From positions 333,339 to 397,338 of the forward strand of contig JAPKYS010000023.1 in assembly GCA_026394195.1 (NCBI GenBank): a stretch of 64,000 nt of DNA, given 5' to 3'. Each line of letters starts with the position of its first letter. Positions within the stretch are counted from its first letter, which is position 1. A program made the position numbers and the translations under genes. Below are positions 47,297 through 56,739 of this stretch, in pieces. The stretch comes from a bacterium (GTDB lineage Bacteria > Electryoneota > B3-LCP). A model generated the notes under the pieces. It saw nothing but the letters and a program-made list of their open reading frames with translations. It was not told the origin of the DNA and did not search any database.

Positions 47297-49438
47297 TTAG
47301 ATTATCCAATTTTCTGAAAGGTATTCAGGTGTTGGTTGGGGACATTTATAGAAACCCTCCCGCGGCCATTTCTCCAGCTCCAAATTGCCCTGAAGAATTC
47401 TCACTGAGAAAGGCACACTATCCTCATCATGGGGTAAGGTATTGAACGGAATTTTCAGTTCTAATACGTGATCGAAGGCGGCTTGAATATCACCTGCTGA
47501 TTTGCCCTCTTTTGCGTCGATTTTTACTTCTCCGCTGTTGAAGCTGGTCAATTCGATCGCATGGATCAAGCCGGCACCCTTGTTGAATTGCACCTCAACG
47601 CGAAGGTCAACCATGGTGCGGAAAGCGTTGGTGGGATCCAGACGCAGACAGAAGTGGCTTTCAGTGAATCCAAAAAACAGTCTGTCAATTACGCTACTGA
47701 CCAAATTCATGGCTCCGGAAAAGTCATCAGAATCTATTTCCTGAGCGCCAATCCATTCGTAAAAAAAGGTTTCTTTGCCGTCGATCACTGGATCAATGGT
47801 AAAAAGCGCTGAATCGCTGGTTCTGCTCCCCCCCACTCTGATAGGCTCCAATAGGTTGGCAGGTGGTTCAACGCCAAATTCTCTGTATATCTGTATTAAA
47901 TTCGAACGGAAGAGATAATCAAATTCCTCCTCGAACACCGAGTGATTGGGTTCACCGTACCACCAAAACCAATCGCTGCCTTCTGCGATGTACAGGTGCT
48001 CCCTGGCGTCTTCCAGCACTTTAGTATCCGTAGCAACCGCAGTCTGACGATCGAGAAAAGCAGCTGTTTCTCCGAGTCTATCCCAAGCGAGGTTTTTTAC
48101 AGGATCCCCGATCCAGATGCGAAACGACCCGTTGATCCAGGATGCTGGGAAGATTGGGGGCAATATCTTCTTTGCAGGATGCTTCTCGGCAAATTCGCTA
48201 AAGGTGCACATCTGCAGGAGCGAGTGATTCGTCAATTGGGTATACAACTCTTCGAAGAATTTTTTTCCCCCGTCCGGGAAATACTCCCAGGCATTCTCCC
48301 CGTCGAGTATGATCGCGACAATGCTTTCTTCAGGTGTTGGTCGTGATTTTGCGATATTCAGCAGATTTCCCAGAAGATCATCCGCAGATCTTTTCGGGGC
48401 GTTGCGGGCGTAACGAAATCCTACGGCATCGGATAGGTCATGATCCCGGAAAAACAGGGTTAGTCCGTCTATAGAGGCAAGGTAAGATGAATAAATCGAA
48501 TCCTCGCGCCTGACGTCATTCAAAGTTGCAAGCAGAACGTTCTCATCTGTAGCGATCCACTTGAACCCCGTGTCACCTGCAAGTTCGCAAACGGCAGGAC
48601 TTACTGACCCTTCGCTGGGCCATAATCCCAGGGGAGCTCTCCCAAAATGTTGTTTGGCAGTTTCCAGCCCCCGCTGCAATTGTTCCCGGGCGTCCTGGGG
48701 GCGCAAAAACGAGTGTCCGGGCATCGGGTCACCCGGTTGGGAAATGCGGGCGCTGCGGTTATCGACTAACAGCGGCAGAATAGGATGATAGAATGGTGTG
48801 GTCGAAATTTCAATGTTACCTTGATCCCATGCGGCGCGATAGTTTGGAATGATGTCCTTTAAGACCTGCAATTGCAGATCAAGAAGCTGGCGTTTGTCCT
48901 CTTCGATAAAGTTTCTGTCCTTGCGCTTCAACTCACCGATGATCGGATATCGATCTTCAGCGCTCCAGCCGATCCAGGCCAGGTTGAACCAAACCTGCAA
49001 ATCCCGAAAATCCTGAACAGTAAACCTCTTCGATAGATCCTCAATATCCGATTCAACCATTTTCCTTCCCCGTTTGTTGAGCAGATCGCGATAGCGGGGG
49101 TGCACCATCACCATGTTCGCCCAACTTGCAGAAAAGAAGTATTTCAACATGATCTTCTTTTCCGCGGGTTCGAGATCTTCAGCAGGTTTCAACGAAATGT
49201 CATAATAGGTGTCGCTTTCCCTGCCGGAACTTAGATCATCCAACTGTGCCAGCAATGCAGGCACAAAGTTGAAAGTAACTCTGACGTCGCCAAATTTTTG
49301 TATTGCCGCCAGCATATCGGAGTACCCCTTAAGTCCGTGCAGGCGAACCCAGGGTAGAATGTACTTACCGTTTTTAGGGTCACGGTAGTACGGTTGGTGC
49401 ATATGCCACAAAAATGCGACGTTCAGTTTACCGGACAT
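47297..49438 (-). CDS. GH57-family α-glucan hydrolase/transferase (amylase/4-α-glucanotransferase-like)
   Basis: The N-terminal signature is FLWHMHQPYYRD. 713 aa. Confidence 0.75.
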   Translation of the reverse strand: MSGKLNVAFLWHMHQPYYRDPKNGKYILPWVRLHGLKGYSDMLAAIQKFGDVRVTFNFVPALLAQLDDLSSGRESDTYYDISLKPAEDLEPAEKKIMLKYFFSASWANMVMVHPRYRDLLNKRGRKMVESDIEDLSKRFTVQDFRDLQVWFNLAWIGWSAEDRYPIIGELKRKDRNFIEEDKRQLLDLQLQVLKDIIPNYRAAWDQGNIEISTTPFYHPILPLLVDNRSARISQPGDPMPGHSFLRPQDAREQLQRGLETAKQHFGRAPLGLWPSEGSVSPAVCELAGDTGFKWIATDENVLLATLNDVRREDSIYSSYLASIDGLTLFFRDHDLSDAVGFRYARNAPKRSADDLLGNLLNIAKSRPTPEESIVAIILDGENAWEYFPDGGKKFFEELYTQLTNHSLLQMCTFSEFAEKHPAKKILPPIFPASWINGSFRIWIGDPVKNLAWDRLGETAAFLDRQTAVATDTKVLEDAREHLYIAEGSDWFWWYGEPNHSVFEEEFDYLFRSNLIQIYREFGVEPPANLLEPIRVGGSRTSDSALFTIDPVIDGKETFFYEWIGAQEIDSDDFSGAMNLVSSVIDRLFFGFTESHFCLRLDPTNAFRTMVDLRVEVQFNKGAGLIHAIELTSFNSGEVKIDAKEGKSAGDIQAAFDHVLELKIPFNTLPHDEDSVPFSVRILQGNLELEKWPREGFYKCPQPTPEYLSENWII

Positions 49439-49791
49439 TAACCGATGAGCTCCTTGATTTTGTCCTTCAGTTCAGTCAAATCGCTGGATTTCACCACGTA
49501 AGCATCCGCTGACCAGGATTCAAAATCATCTTTAAACTGAGAATAGGCGGTATTGAGGATAATCGCCTGTTTCCGATTTCTGTGCAGGATATGGCCCATA
49601 GCCTCAAGCCCGTTCATCCCGGGCATTTGGATGTCGAGGACGATGGCGTCATAGATATTGGCGTCCAGAAGCTTGAAGGCTGTTTCAGCTGAATCAGCGA
49701 TATTCACTTCGTAACCTTCCTCCTGCAATTCCTCCTCATAGAGGATGCGCAGATTCTTCTCGTCGTCTACGACCAGAATTCGTTTCTTCAT
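49438..49791 (-). CDS. Stand-alone CheY-like response-regulator receiver
   Basis: Receiver layout: RILVVDDEKN...LDIQMPGMNG...KSS. Confidence 0.85.
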   Translation of the reverse strand: MKKRILVVDDEKNLRILYEEELQEEGYEVNIADSAETAFKLLDANIYDAIVLDIQMPGMNGLEAMGHILHRNRKQAIILNTAYSQFKDDFESWSADAYVVKSSDLTELKDKIKELIG

Positions 49792-52342
49792 TGTGATCCT
49801 CCAGGCTGCGTATCGGCAGAGTAACGATAAATGTGGAACCTTCGCCTTCTTTGCTGTCCACTGCTATCGTACCGCCGTGATTTTTAATGATTTGCATTGA
49901 TACGGTCAATCCGAGACCTGATCCGGTTGTCTTGGTGGTAAAAAACGCGGTGAAGAGTTTGTCCTTATGCTCCTCAGGAATTCCCTCCCCAGTATCTGAT
50001 ACATGGATTTTTACAGAATCGGCGTCTGACATGGTGATGACAGATAACATGCCGCCGTACTTCATGGCGTGAAAGGCGTTGCGGAACAAGTTGAGCAATA
50101 CTTGTCGGATCTGATCCTCGTCCAACCAGACTTGAGGTAGATCTTTTTGAAAATCTTTAGTGATGATGAATAGGTTTTCATCGATTTCGCCTTCCATCAT
50201 GCTGAAAGTCTGATCGATGGCTTCATTGATATCTTTATAGGCGAACTTCGGTTTAACCGGACGGACATACCCCAGGATTTCGTTGACGATTCGCTCCAGA
50301 CGTTTTACTTCTTCCATAATGATCGTCAGGAAGCGGCGATTGGTCTGCACTTTTTCGGACTTTTCCAGATCTCTCAATACTGCCCTTGTAAATCCTCCAA
50401 TTGAAGTCAAAGGGTTGCGGATTTCGTGAGCAACGGTTGCTGCCACCTCTCCGACTACTGAAAGTCGTTCGGCGCGGACCAATAGATCTCGATTTTCTTT
50501 CAGATCCCTATATGCCTGGCGCAGGGCTTCAATTTTCTCTTCGAGCCTCTGCAGCAGTTGGGAATTTTCAATGGCAGCGCCGACTTGATTGGCAATAATG
50601 CTCAGGCGGTTGACGTCCTCATCACTGATGTCTTTGCCGCTGATTAAATTGTCAGCAACCAGAATTCCTTCACTTTTGCCTCGGCAGATCAGTGGTACAA
50701 CCGCAAAGGTATTGGTTCCAATCGCCTTGGCGAGCACTTTTTGGTCTGAAGAGTCGTTGGCCTGAGCGTCGAGAACCTTTTGTGGCGCATTGTGAAAAAG
50801 TACTTCCTGGAGAAAACCGGCTTCCCATGTCAAGGAAATCTTCAGATTGCGGACGATTTTTTTAACCTGTACGTCCTTCTCCTCAACACTCTTCTTGTAG
50901 TTTTCGAATATCTCATTGATTGATAGATCTTTTTCGTACAAATCAGACCAAATCCGACCGGCTTCGGATGCATCGGATGGTCCGATTGCAGTCTCGCCGA
51001 TCAACGCATTCGCGCTGCGGTCATACCTGAGCAGAAAGGCGCGATTAAAGCCCAAGCCACGCCCGGCAGTCACGCCAATCAATGCGATCGTGTAGATATC
51101 CGAAAGTTCAATCGTGTTTTGAAGCAGGTCACCGATCTCTTTGAAGATGGATAGCTCAGTGATACGTTTTCTGTAGCTGTCCTCCAACCTCACCTTCTCT
51201 GTGACATTTCCAACAATAGCGATGATACCGTTGATCGTATTCTCTTCCCCCCTTAGAGGCGCACACCGTAAAGAGCAATAATGTTCTTTTCCCCAGGCAG
51301 GGTAGCAGTTGATCGCTCCAATCTCAAGTTCAAGTCCTTCTTCCAAAACGTCCTTGAACCTCTGCGCCAACCCGAGGTTGATGAATTCCTCCTGCTTCAA
51401 GACATTCATGCCAATGGCATTTAGCGGGGTAAGCGCTCCGAGGAGCTCCACGAACGCTGGATTGGCGGTACGAATATAGCCATTTTTATCGGTCGTAAAA
51501 ATTCCAACAGGAGCATGCGCCACCAAATTTTCCAGATACTCTTTCTTCGCCCAGAGTTCTTTCTCCAGGTGAACTCGCTCGGAAACGTCCTTGATGAGTT
51601 GAACGACTCGATTGACTTTCCCCATCGTATCGAAGAGGGGGAACGCCTCCACCTCAAGGTAGTAACAGCCACCCCCAATTGACTTGTGCACCAAGTTGTA
51701 GCTGACAGGTTTTCCAAGCGCGAATACTTCACGAATTCTGCATTCATCACAAATCGTGTTTTTATCATAGAAGAACTTGTAACAGGGACGTCCTATCGCG
51801 CTGACGTTATCTTTATGTTGTTTCTTTCGCTGGTGGTCATTGATCGATTCGATCCGCAAGTTCTGATCCAGCACAACAATACCGTAGTCAATCCCGTTGA
51901 TAATCTTCTCGTATAGCTCCTTTAAGGATTTCAGCTCTTCTTGATCAGCTTGCAACTGCTTCATTTTGGAGCTGTGCTGCAGAGCGTTGCGGAGCGTAAT
52001 TAAAAGTCGCTTCACCTTAATGGGTTTGTCTAAAAAGTCAACTGCGCCTTCTCCGATAGCATCTACTGTGAGTGGAAAATCCTCATCGGTGGTCATAATG
52101 ATCACCGGCGGCATCTGCGCGTCTAAGGAGCCGATCTGGAAACCCTGCGGAATTACTTCAGCGTAGGTCTTGATATCAAGAATAACCAGATTAAAATTTC
52201 CCGATTCATAGATCCGCATAAAATCACCCGGTTCGGACGTAGTCCAGACGCCGAATCCCTCTTCAAGCAGGATCTTGCGCATCCAGACAAGAGTTTTGAT
52301 ATCGGGATCACCGATCAGGATTTTATAGCCGTTCTCTGCCAT
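49736..52342 (-). CDS. Hybrid sensor histidine kinase (N-terminal receiver, PAS, GAF, HisKA, HATPase)
   Basis: The receiver has LVILDIK. The H-box is VAATVAHEIRNPL. The ATPase has the N, G1 (DTGEGI) and G2 (GSGLGL) boxes. Its 3' end overlaps the downstream receiver gene by ~56 nt in another frame. Confidence 0.85.
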   Translation of the reverse strand: MAENGYKILIGDPDIKTLVWMRKILLEEGFGVWTTSEPGDFMRIYESGNFNLVILDIKTYAEVIPQGFQIGSLDAQMPPVIIMTTDEDFPLTVDAIGEGAVDFLDKPIKVKRLLITLRNALQHSSKMKQLQADQEELKSLKELYEKIINGIDYGIVVLDQNLRIESINDHQRKKQHKDNVSAIGRPCYKFFYDKNTICDECRIREVFALGKPVSYNLVHKSIGGGCYYLEVEAFPLFDTMGKVNRVVQLIKDVSERVHLEKELWAKKEYLENLVAHAPVGIFTTDKNGYIRTANPAFVELLGALTPLNAIGMNVLKQEEFINLGLAQRFKDVLEEGLELEIGAINCYPAWGKEHYCSLRCAPLRGEENTINGIIAIVGNVTEKVRLEDSYRKRITELSIFKEIGDLLQNTIELSDIYTIALIGVTAGRGLGFNRAFLLRYDRSANALIGETAIGPSDASEAGRIWSDLYEKDLSINEIFENYKKSVEEKDVQVKKIVRNLKISLTWEAGFLQEVLFHNAPQKVLDAQANDSSDQKVLAKAIGTNTFAVVPLICRGKSEGILVADNLISGKDISDEDVNRLSIIANQVGAAIENSQLLQRLEEKIEALRQAYRDLKENRDLLVRAERLSVVGEVAATVAHEIRNPLTSIGGFTRAVLRDLEKSEKVQTNRRFLTIIMEEVKRLERIVNEILGYVRPVKPKFAYKDINEAIDQTFSMMEGEIDENLFIITKDFQKDLPQVWLDEDQIRQVLLNLFRNAFHAMKYGGMLSVITMSDADSVKIHVSDTGEGIPEEHKDKLFTAFFTTKTTGSGLGLTVSMQIIKNHGGTIAVDSKEGEGSTFIVTLPIRSLEDHNEETNSGRRRREESAHPL

Positions 52343-53172
52343 TATTCGACGATGAGAGTGAAATCAAGGCCCGGCGCGGAATGCGTCAGCGCGCCGATGG
52401 AGATAAAATCAACTCCTGTCTGGGCGATTTCGCGCACGTTCAGGAGTGATACTCCGCCGGATACCTCCAGAGGTACCTTACCTTTTGCCAATTTTACCGC
52501 TTTTTCTATCATGTCGAGGGTAAAATTATCGAGCATGATACGTTCCACAGGATACTTAAAAACCTCCCTAAGTTGTTCCACTCTTTGAATTTCAATTTCA
52601 AGTGGTAGCTTCTTTCCGATTTTTTTAAACCCCGTAAAAACCGCATTCAGAGCAGCGCTCAATCCGCCGGTAGCGGCTTCATGATTATCTTTGATCAATA
52701 CCATATCGTAAAGCCCCTTGCGGTGGTTCCGCCCCCCACCGTGCAGGACTGCCGCTTTCTCCAGAGATCGCAACAAAGGCGTGGTTTTCCGTGTATCCAG
52801 TATAACAGCCTCGGTTCCGCTGACGCGAGTTACGAATTTGCGGGTGAGTGTGGCGATTCCGGATAATCTGCTGAGAAAGTTTAGGGCGGTTCTTTCACCG
52901 GTTATAATTGAAGAATATCGACCTCTTATTTCACAGATGACGTCGTTTTTCACGACTGATTGACTATCCTCCAGGACGTCGATTATTTCTAATCCTTTGT
53001 CAATCTGCCGGAAAACCTCATGAACAACTTCCATCCCGGATAGGACACCCCGTTCGCGGGCTATGATCCGTCCGCAGCCAGTCCGCTTTATATCAACGGT
53101 GAGCTCGGTGGTGACGTCTCCGGATCCGATATCTTCAGCCAGGGCGGCTTTTACCAATTCTTGCAGGCGCAT
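52342..53172 (-). CDS. nadC: Nicotinate-nucleotide pyrophosphorylase (quinolinate phosphoribosyltransferase)
   Basis: The N-terminus is LVKAALAEDIGSGDVTT. The protein has the NadC TIM-barrel layout at the family-typical 276 aa. Confidence 0.85.
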   Translation of the reverse strand: MRLQELVKAALAEDIGSGDVTTELTVDIKRTGCGRIIARERGVLSGMEVVHEVFRQIDKGLEIIDVLEDSQSVVKNDVICEIRGRYSSIITGERTALNFLSRLSGIATLTRKFVTRVSGTEAVILDTRKTTPLLRSLEKAAVLHGGGRNHRKGLYDMVLIKDNHEAATGGLSAALNAVFTGFKKIGKKLPLEIEIQRVEQLREVFKYPVERIMLDNFTLDMIEKAVKLAKGKVPLEVSGGVSLLNVREIAQTGVDFISIGALTHSAPGLDFTLIVE

Positions 53173-53173
53173 T

Positions 53174-55387
53174 CTATCCGTTCAGTATTTTTAGTTTGGC
53201 ATATTCGGCTAACAGCAATTTCTCTCCCGCTTGTTCAAAGTTCACCAGAATCCGCAAGGCTGACCCCCTGCCTTCGGTGTGGATGATAATCCCCTCTCCG
53301 AACTGAGCATGTTGCACGCGGGATCCCAAGGAAAACTCATCCTTAACAGAATCAATTCGCGGCTTTGAATGGGAAAATGAAAAACTCGTTTCTCTCTTAT
53401 GAAAGGACCTCTTCTCTTCATGAAATATCTGGTTTCGCCCAACTGCGCTTTCTTCAGGTTCCAGCAGGTCTTGAGGGATGTCCTGAATAAAGCGCGAAGG
53501 CATCTGGTAGGGGACTTCCTGTCCCCAGCGCATACGGCTTCTGGCGTAAGTCAGAAAAAGCAACTCTTTGGCTCGCGTGGCGCCCACGTAGAACAGGCGT
53601 CGCTCTTCTTCTATTTCGGATTGATCCTGAAGAGAATTGAATAGTGGAAACAGACCATCTTCGAGTCCTGTTAAAAATACGATGGGAAATTCGAGACCTT
53701 TGGCTGCATGCAGGGTCATTAAAGTGAGGCTCTTTTCGGCTTTATTCCAACGGTCGATATCAGTGACCAGGGCGACTTCCTGCAGAAAGTCATCCAAATC
53801 TTCAAGTCCCGATCTGGCGCTGGCATGGCTGTATTCGCGCAGAGCATTCAGTAATTCGCTAAGGTTGTCCTCACGATTCTTGAATTCATCCGCCTCTTCC
53901 TTGCGATAGTACTCCAGTAAACCGGATTCTCCGAGTAATTTCTCCCCGACCTTAAAGAGACTCTCACTCGCTGCCATCTTGGCCAAACCTTCGATCCACA
54001 CTGCGAACTGTTTCAATTTCTCTACGGTTCGCCGGGGAAGCTCTTCGATCTTATCAGCATTTCGTATAATTTCAAAGACTGGTTTTCCAGACTCATTGGC
54101 AACGAGAGACAGAACCGCCAGAGTTTTTGGACCAATCCCGCGTGGTGGAAGGTTGATCACCCGCTGCAAGCAGATGAGGTCGCTGGGATTCACCAATAAA
54201 CGCAAATAGCCAAGAAAATCCTTGATCTCCTTGCGCTCGTAGAAGCGAAGACCACCAACAATGGTGTAGGGGATTTGATTTTTTCGCAGGGCGTCTTCAA
54301 AGTTGCGCGATTGCGCATTGGTGCGATAGAGGATGACGCAATCACCATAATTGTACGAATCTCCCGACACCTTTTCGACGATTTTCTCAACGACGATCCG
54401 CGCTTCTTCCCGATCGTCAAACGCAGAAATTATCTGCGGTTTCTGGCCGCTGTGGCGATCAGTCCAGAGTTTCTTGGGGTGGCGGTTTTTATTCTTCACA
54501 ATGATGTGATGCGCCACATCGAGAATTGCCTTGGTGCTGCGGTAATTCTGCTCCAGTCGAAATATCTTTACACCCTTAAAATCCTGCTCGAACTGGAGAA
54601 TATTGCCCAGATAGGCTCCCCGCCAGCCATAGATCGACTGATCATCATCACCGACGGCGGTGATATTCCCTGCCGGAGCTGCCAGGAGCCGCGCCAGTTC
54701 TCCCTGAGGATAATTGGTATCTTGAAATTCATCGATGAGGATGAAGCGAAAGCGATCCCGATACTGTTTTCTAAGTTCAGCATCTTTCCCCAGCAGAACG
54801 CAGGGCAGCGAGATTAAATCATCGAAGTCGAATGCGTTGTTCTGTTTCAGAGCCTTGTCGTAATCGAGGTAAAGCTTCTTGAATAATTCAACGTTGACGT
54901 CTCCGGGCGGTAAGGCAACACCATCAAGTCCATGCAGGTTATTCTTGACTCTTCCGATGAATTTTTTCAAACCCGGGATGATACTTTTCGCCAATATTTC
55001 GGGTACCTGGGCTTTAACAAGATTGCGTATAAGGCGGCTCTGGTCGTCGTCATCGTAAATGGTGAACCGGGTGGTTCGATTGAAAAATTCAGCATGACGG
55101 CGTAAAAATCGAGCTCCGAAAGCGTGAAATGTGCCGAGATAACAATCTTTCAACCCGCCATTCACCATGGCGAGAACTCGATCCTGCATCTCGCGAGCTG
55201 CCTTGTTGGTAAACGTGACCGCCAGGATCTCCCAGGGTTTCGCCAGCTTTTCCTGCAGGAGGTAGGCAATCCTGTATGTGATCACCCGTGTCTTGCCGCT
55301 GCCGGCGCCTGCCAATACCAGGACAGGTCCTTCACAGGATTCGACCGCTTGAAGCTGCTCTTTATTTAAATCTTTCAGACTGAACAT
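53174..55387 (-). CDS. pcrA: UvrD/PcrA-family ATP-dependent DNA helicase
   Basis: Walker A is AGAGSGKTRVIT and motif II is DEFQDTN. The Q-motif and the remaining helicase motifs III-VI are also present. Confidence 0.9.
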   Translation of the reverse strand: MFSLKDLNKEQLQAVESCEGPVLVLAGAGSGKTRVITYRIAYLLQEKLAKPWEILAVTFTNKAAREMQDRVLAMVNGGLKDCYLGTFHAFGARFLRRHAEFFNRTTRFTIYDDDDQSRLIRNLVKAQVPEILAKSIIPGLKKFIGRVKNNLHGLDGVALPPGDVNVELFKKLYLDYDKALKQNNAFDFDDLISLPCVLLGKDAELRKQYRDRFRFILIDEFQDTNYPQGELARLLAAPAGNITAVGDDDQSIYGWRGAYLGNILQFEQDFKGVKIFRLEQNYRSTKAILDVAHHIIVKNKNRHPKKLWTDRHSGQKPQIISAFDDREEARIVVEKIVEKVSGDSYNYGDCVILYRTNAQSRNFEDALRKNQIPYTIVGGLRFYERKEIKDFLGYLRLLVNPSDLICLQRVINLPPRGIGPKTLAVLSLVANESGKPVFEIIRNADKIEELPRRTVEKLKQFAVWIEGLAKMAASESLFKVGEKLLGESGLLEYYRKEEADEFKNREDNLSELLNALREYSHASARSGLEDLDDFLQEVALVTDIDRWNKAEKSLTLMTLHAAKGLEFPIVFLTGLEDGLFPLFNSLQDQSEIEEERRLFYVGATRAKELLFLTYARSRMRWGQEVPYQMPSRFIQDIPQDLLEPEESAVGRNQIFHEEKRSFHKRETSFSFSHSKPRIDSVKDEFSLGSRVQHAQFGEGIIIHTEGRGSALRILVNFEQAGEKLLLAEYAKLKILNG

Positions 55388-55412
55388 GAGTTATTCGCAC
55401 ACCGAGATCAAA

Positions 55413-56471
55413 TTACCCGGATGATCGTTTTCCGGAATTGGAATTTTCCGAGTTCACCTTGCGGAGATGGTCCAATTTTTCTTTGGCTTGAAGGTGTTCA
55501 TTATAAGTTCTATTGAAAGCATGGTTCCCATCACCCTGAGCGACCATGAAGAGGTAGTCGAGTTTTGCTGGATGTAGGGCGAATTCCAGAGCTTGTTTTC
55601 CTGGGTTACAGACGGGACCTGGAGGGAGTCCCGGATATTTGTACGTGTTGTAGGGTGAATCCACCTCAAGATCGCTGTTGAGCAGGCGGCGTGGTCCCTG
55701 CGGAAGGAGGTACTGTAGAGTTGGATCTGCCTGCAGCAGCATGTTTTTCTTTAAGCGATTGTGATAAACGGCTGAAATCACCGGTCCTTCAGCCGCATTA
55801 TACATCTCACCTTGTATGATTGAAGCCAAGGTGACCATTTCAGTCACTGAATAGCCGGATTGCCGGCACAGAGCCACCATGGTGGAATCGAATACCTGGA
55901 AAAACCGGGTCACCATCTGTTTGATGATCCAACTTGATTTGACGCCTCGGAAGAAGTTGTAACTATCCGGGAAAAGGAATCCTTCAAATGAACGTGCCTT
56001 GATGCCGTATTTTTTTAAAAGTGCGGAGTCGTTTGTTGAAGCGATAAATGAGTCAGCGGGTATCCCCAATTGTTCCTGCAACAGTTCGGCAATCTGTCTG
56101 ATGGTATACCCTTCCGGAATTGTGGTCAGTTGAGCGTTGCTGCCCGCAGTCGTCAACCGGCTGAGCAAGTCTGCGTTGGATTTACCTAAAGGCAGCACAA
56201 ACTGCCCGGCTTGAATTTTTGCATCCTTATGAAGATATTTTGCCGCAAAGATGAAATCACTCGCACGATCGATTATCTTCTTGGCTTTCAGGGTGTCGGC
56301 GATCTGTTTTACGCTCATTCCCGGTAAAACCGAAACAACTTCTGCCTGCTCCCCATTCTGGTAAAAGTTGGGACTGTACACCATTTCGTGAACTTTGAGT
56401 AACTTTAGCCCAACGACGCCTGCAAGAAAGATCGCCAGGATGTAAAGAGTCGTTCTTAGTTCAAATTTCAT
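55413..56471 (-). CDS. mltG: Endolytic murein transglycosylase MltG (YceG)
   Basis: N-terminal transmembrane anchor and YceG-like domain. 352 aa. Confidence 0.75.
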   Translation of the reverse strand: MKFELRTTLYILAIFLAGVVGLKLLKVHEMVYSPNFYQNGEQAEVVSVLPGMSVKQIADTLKAKKIIDRASDFIFAAKYLHKDAKIQAGQFVLPLGKSNADLLSRLTTAGSNAQLTTIPEGYTIRQIAELLQEQLGIPADSFIASTNDSALLKKYGIKARSFEGFLFPDSYNFFRGVKSSWIIKQMVTRFFQVFDSTMVALCRQSGYSVTEMVTLASIIQGEMYNAAEGPVISAVYHNRLKKNMLLQADPTLQYLLPQGPRRLLNSDLEVDSPYNTYKYPGLPPGPVCNPGKQALEFALHPAKLDYLFMVAQGDGNHAFNRTYNEHLQAKEKLDHLRKVNSENSNSGKRSSG

Positions 56472-56739
56472 AGTTTGGGTAAGTTTTTTTGGGCGGAAAA
56501 GGCACCGTGAGGTCGGTACTGGTAATTTATCGCTCCAGCTCTACAATGTCAATGAAAATCGGTTGAATTAGGGATATCCCCAAGGTTTCCCAGCGGTTAT
56601 AGATAAAATGTGATCGGTGCAAAGTGCAATAAATTTCACTTGACTGTTACGTGTTTAGGCTTTATTTTATTTAGTATGTAAAAATCTGATTGTCCGGTTC
56701 CTGAAAATTATCTCCGGGGACCATCATCTTATCAAGCGA

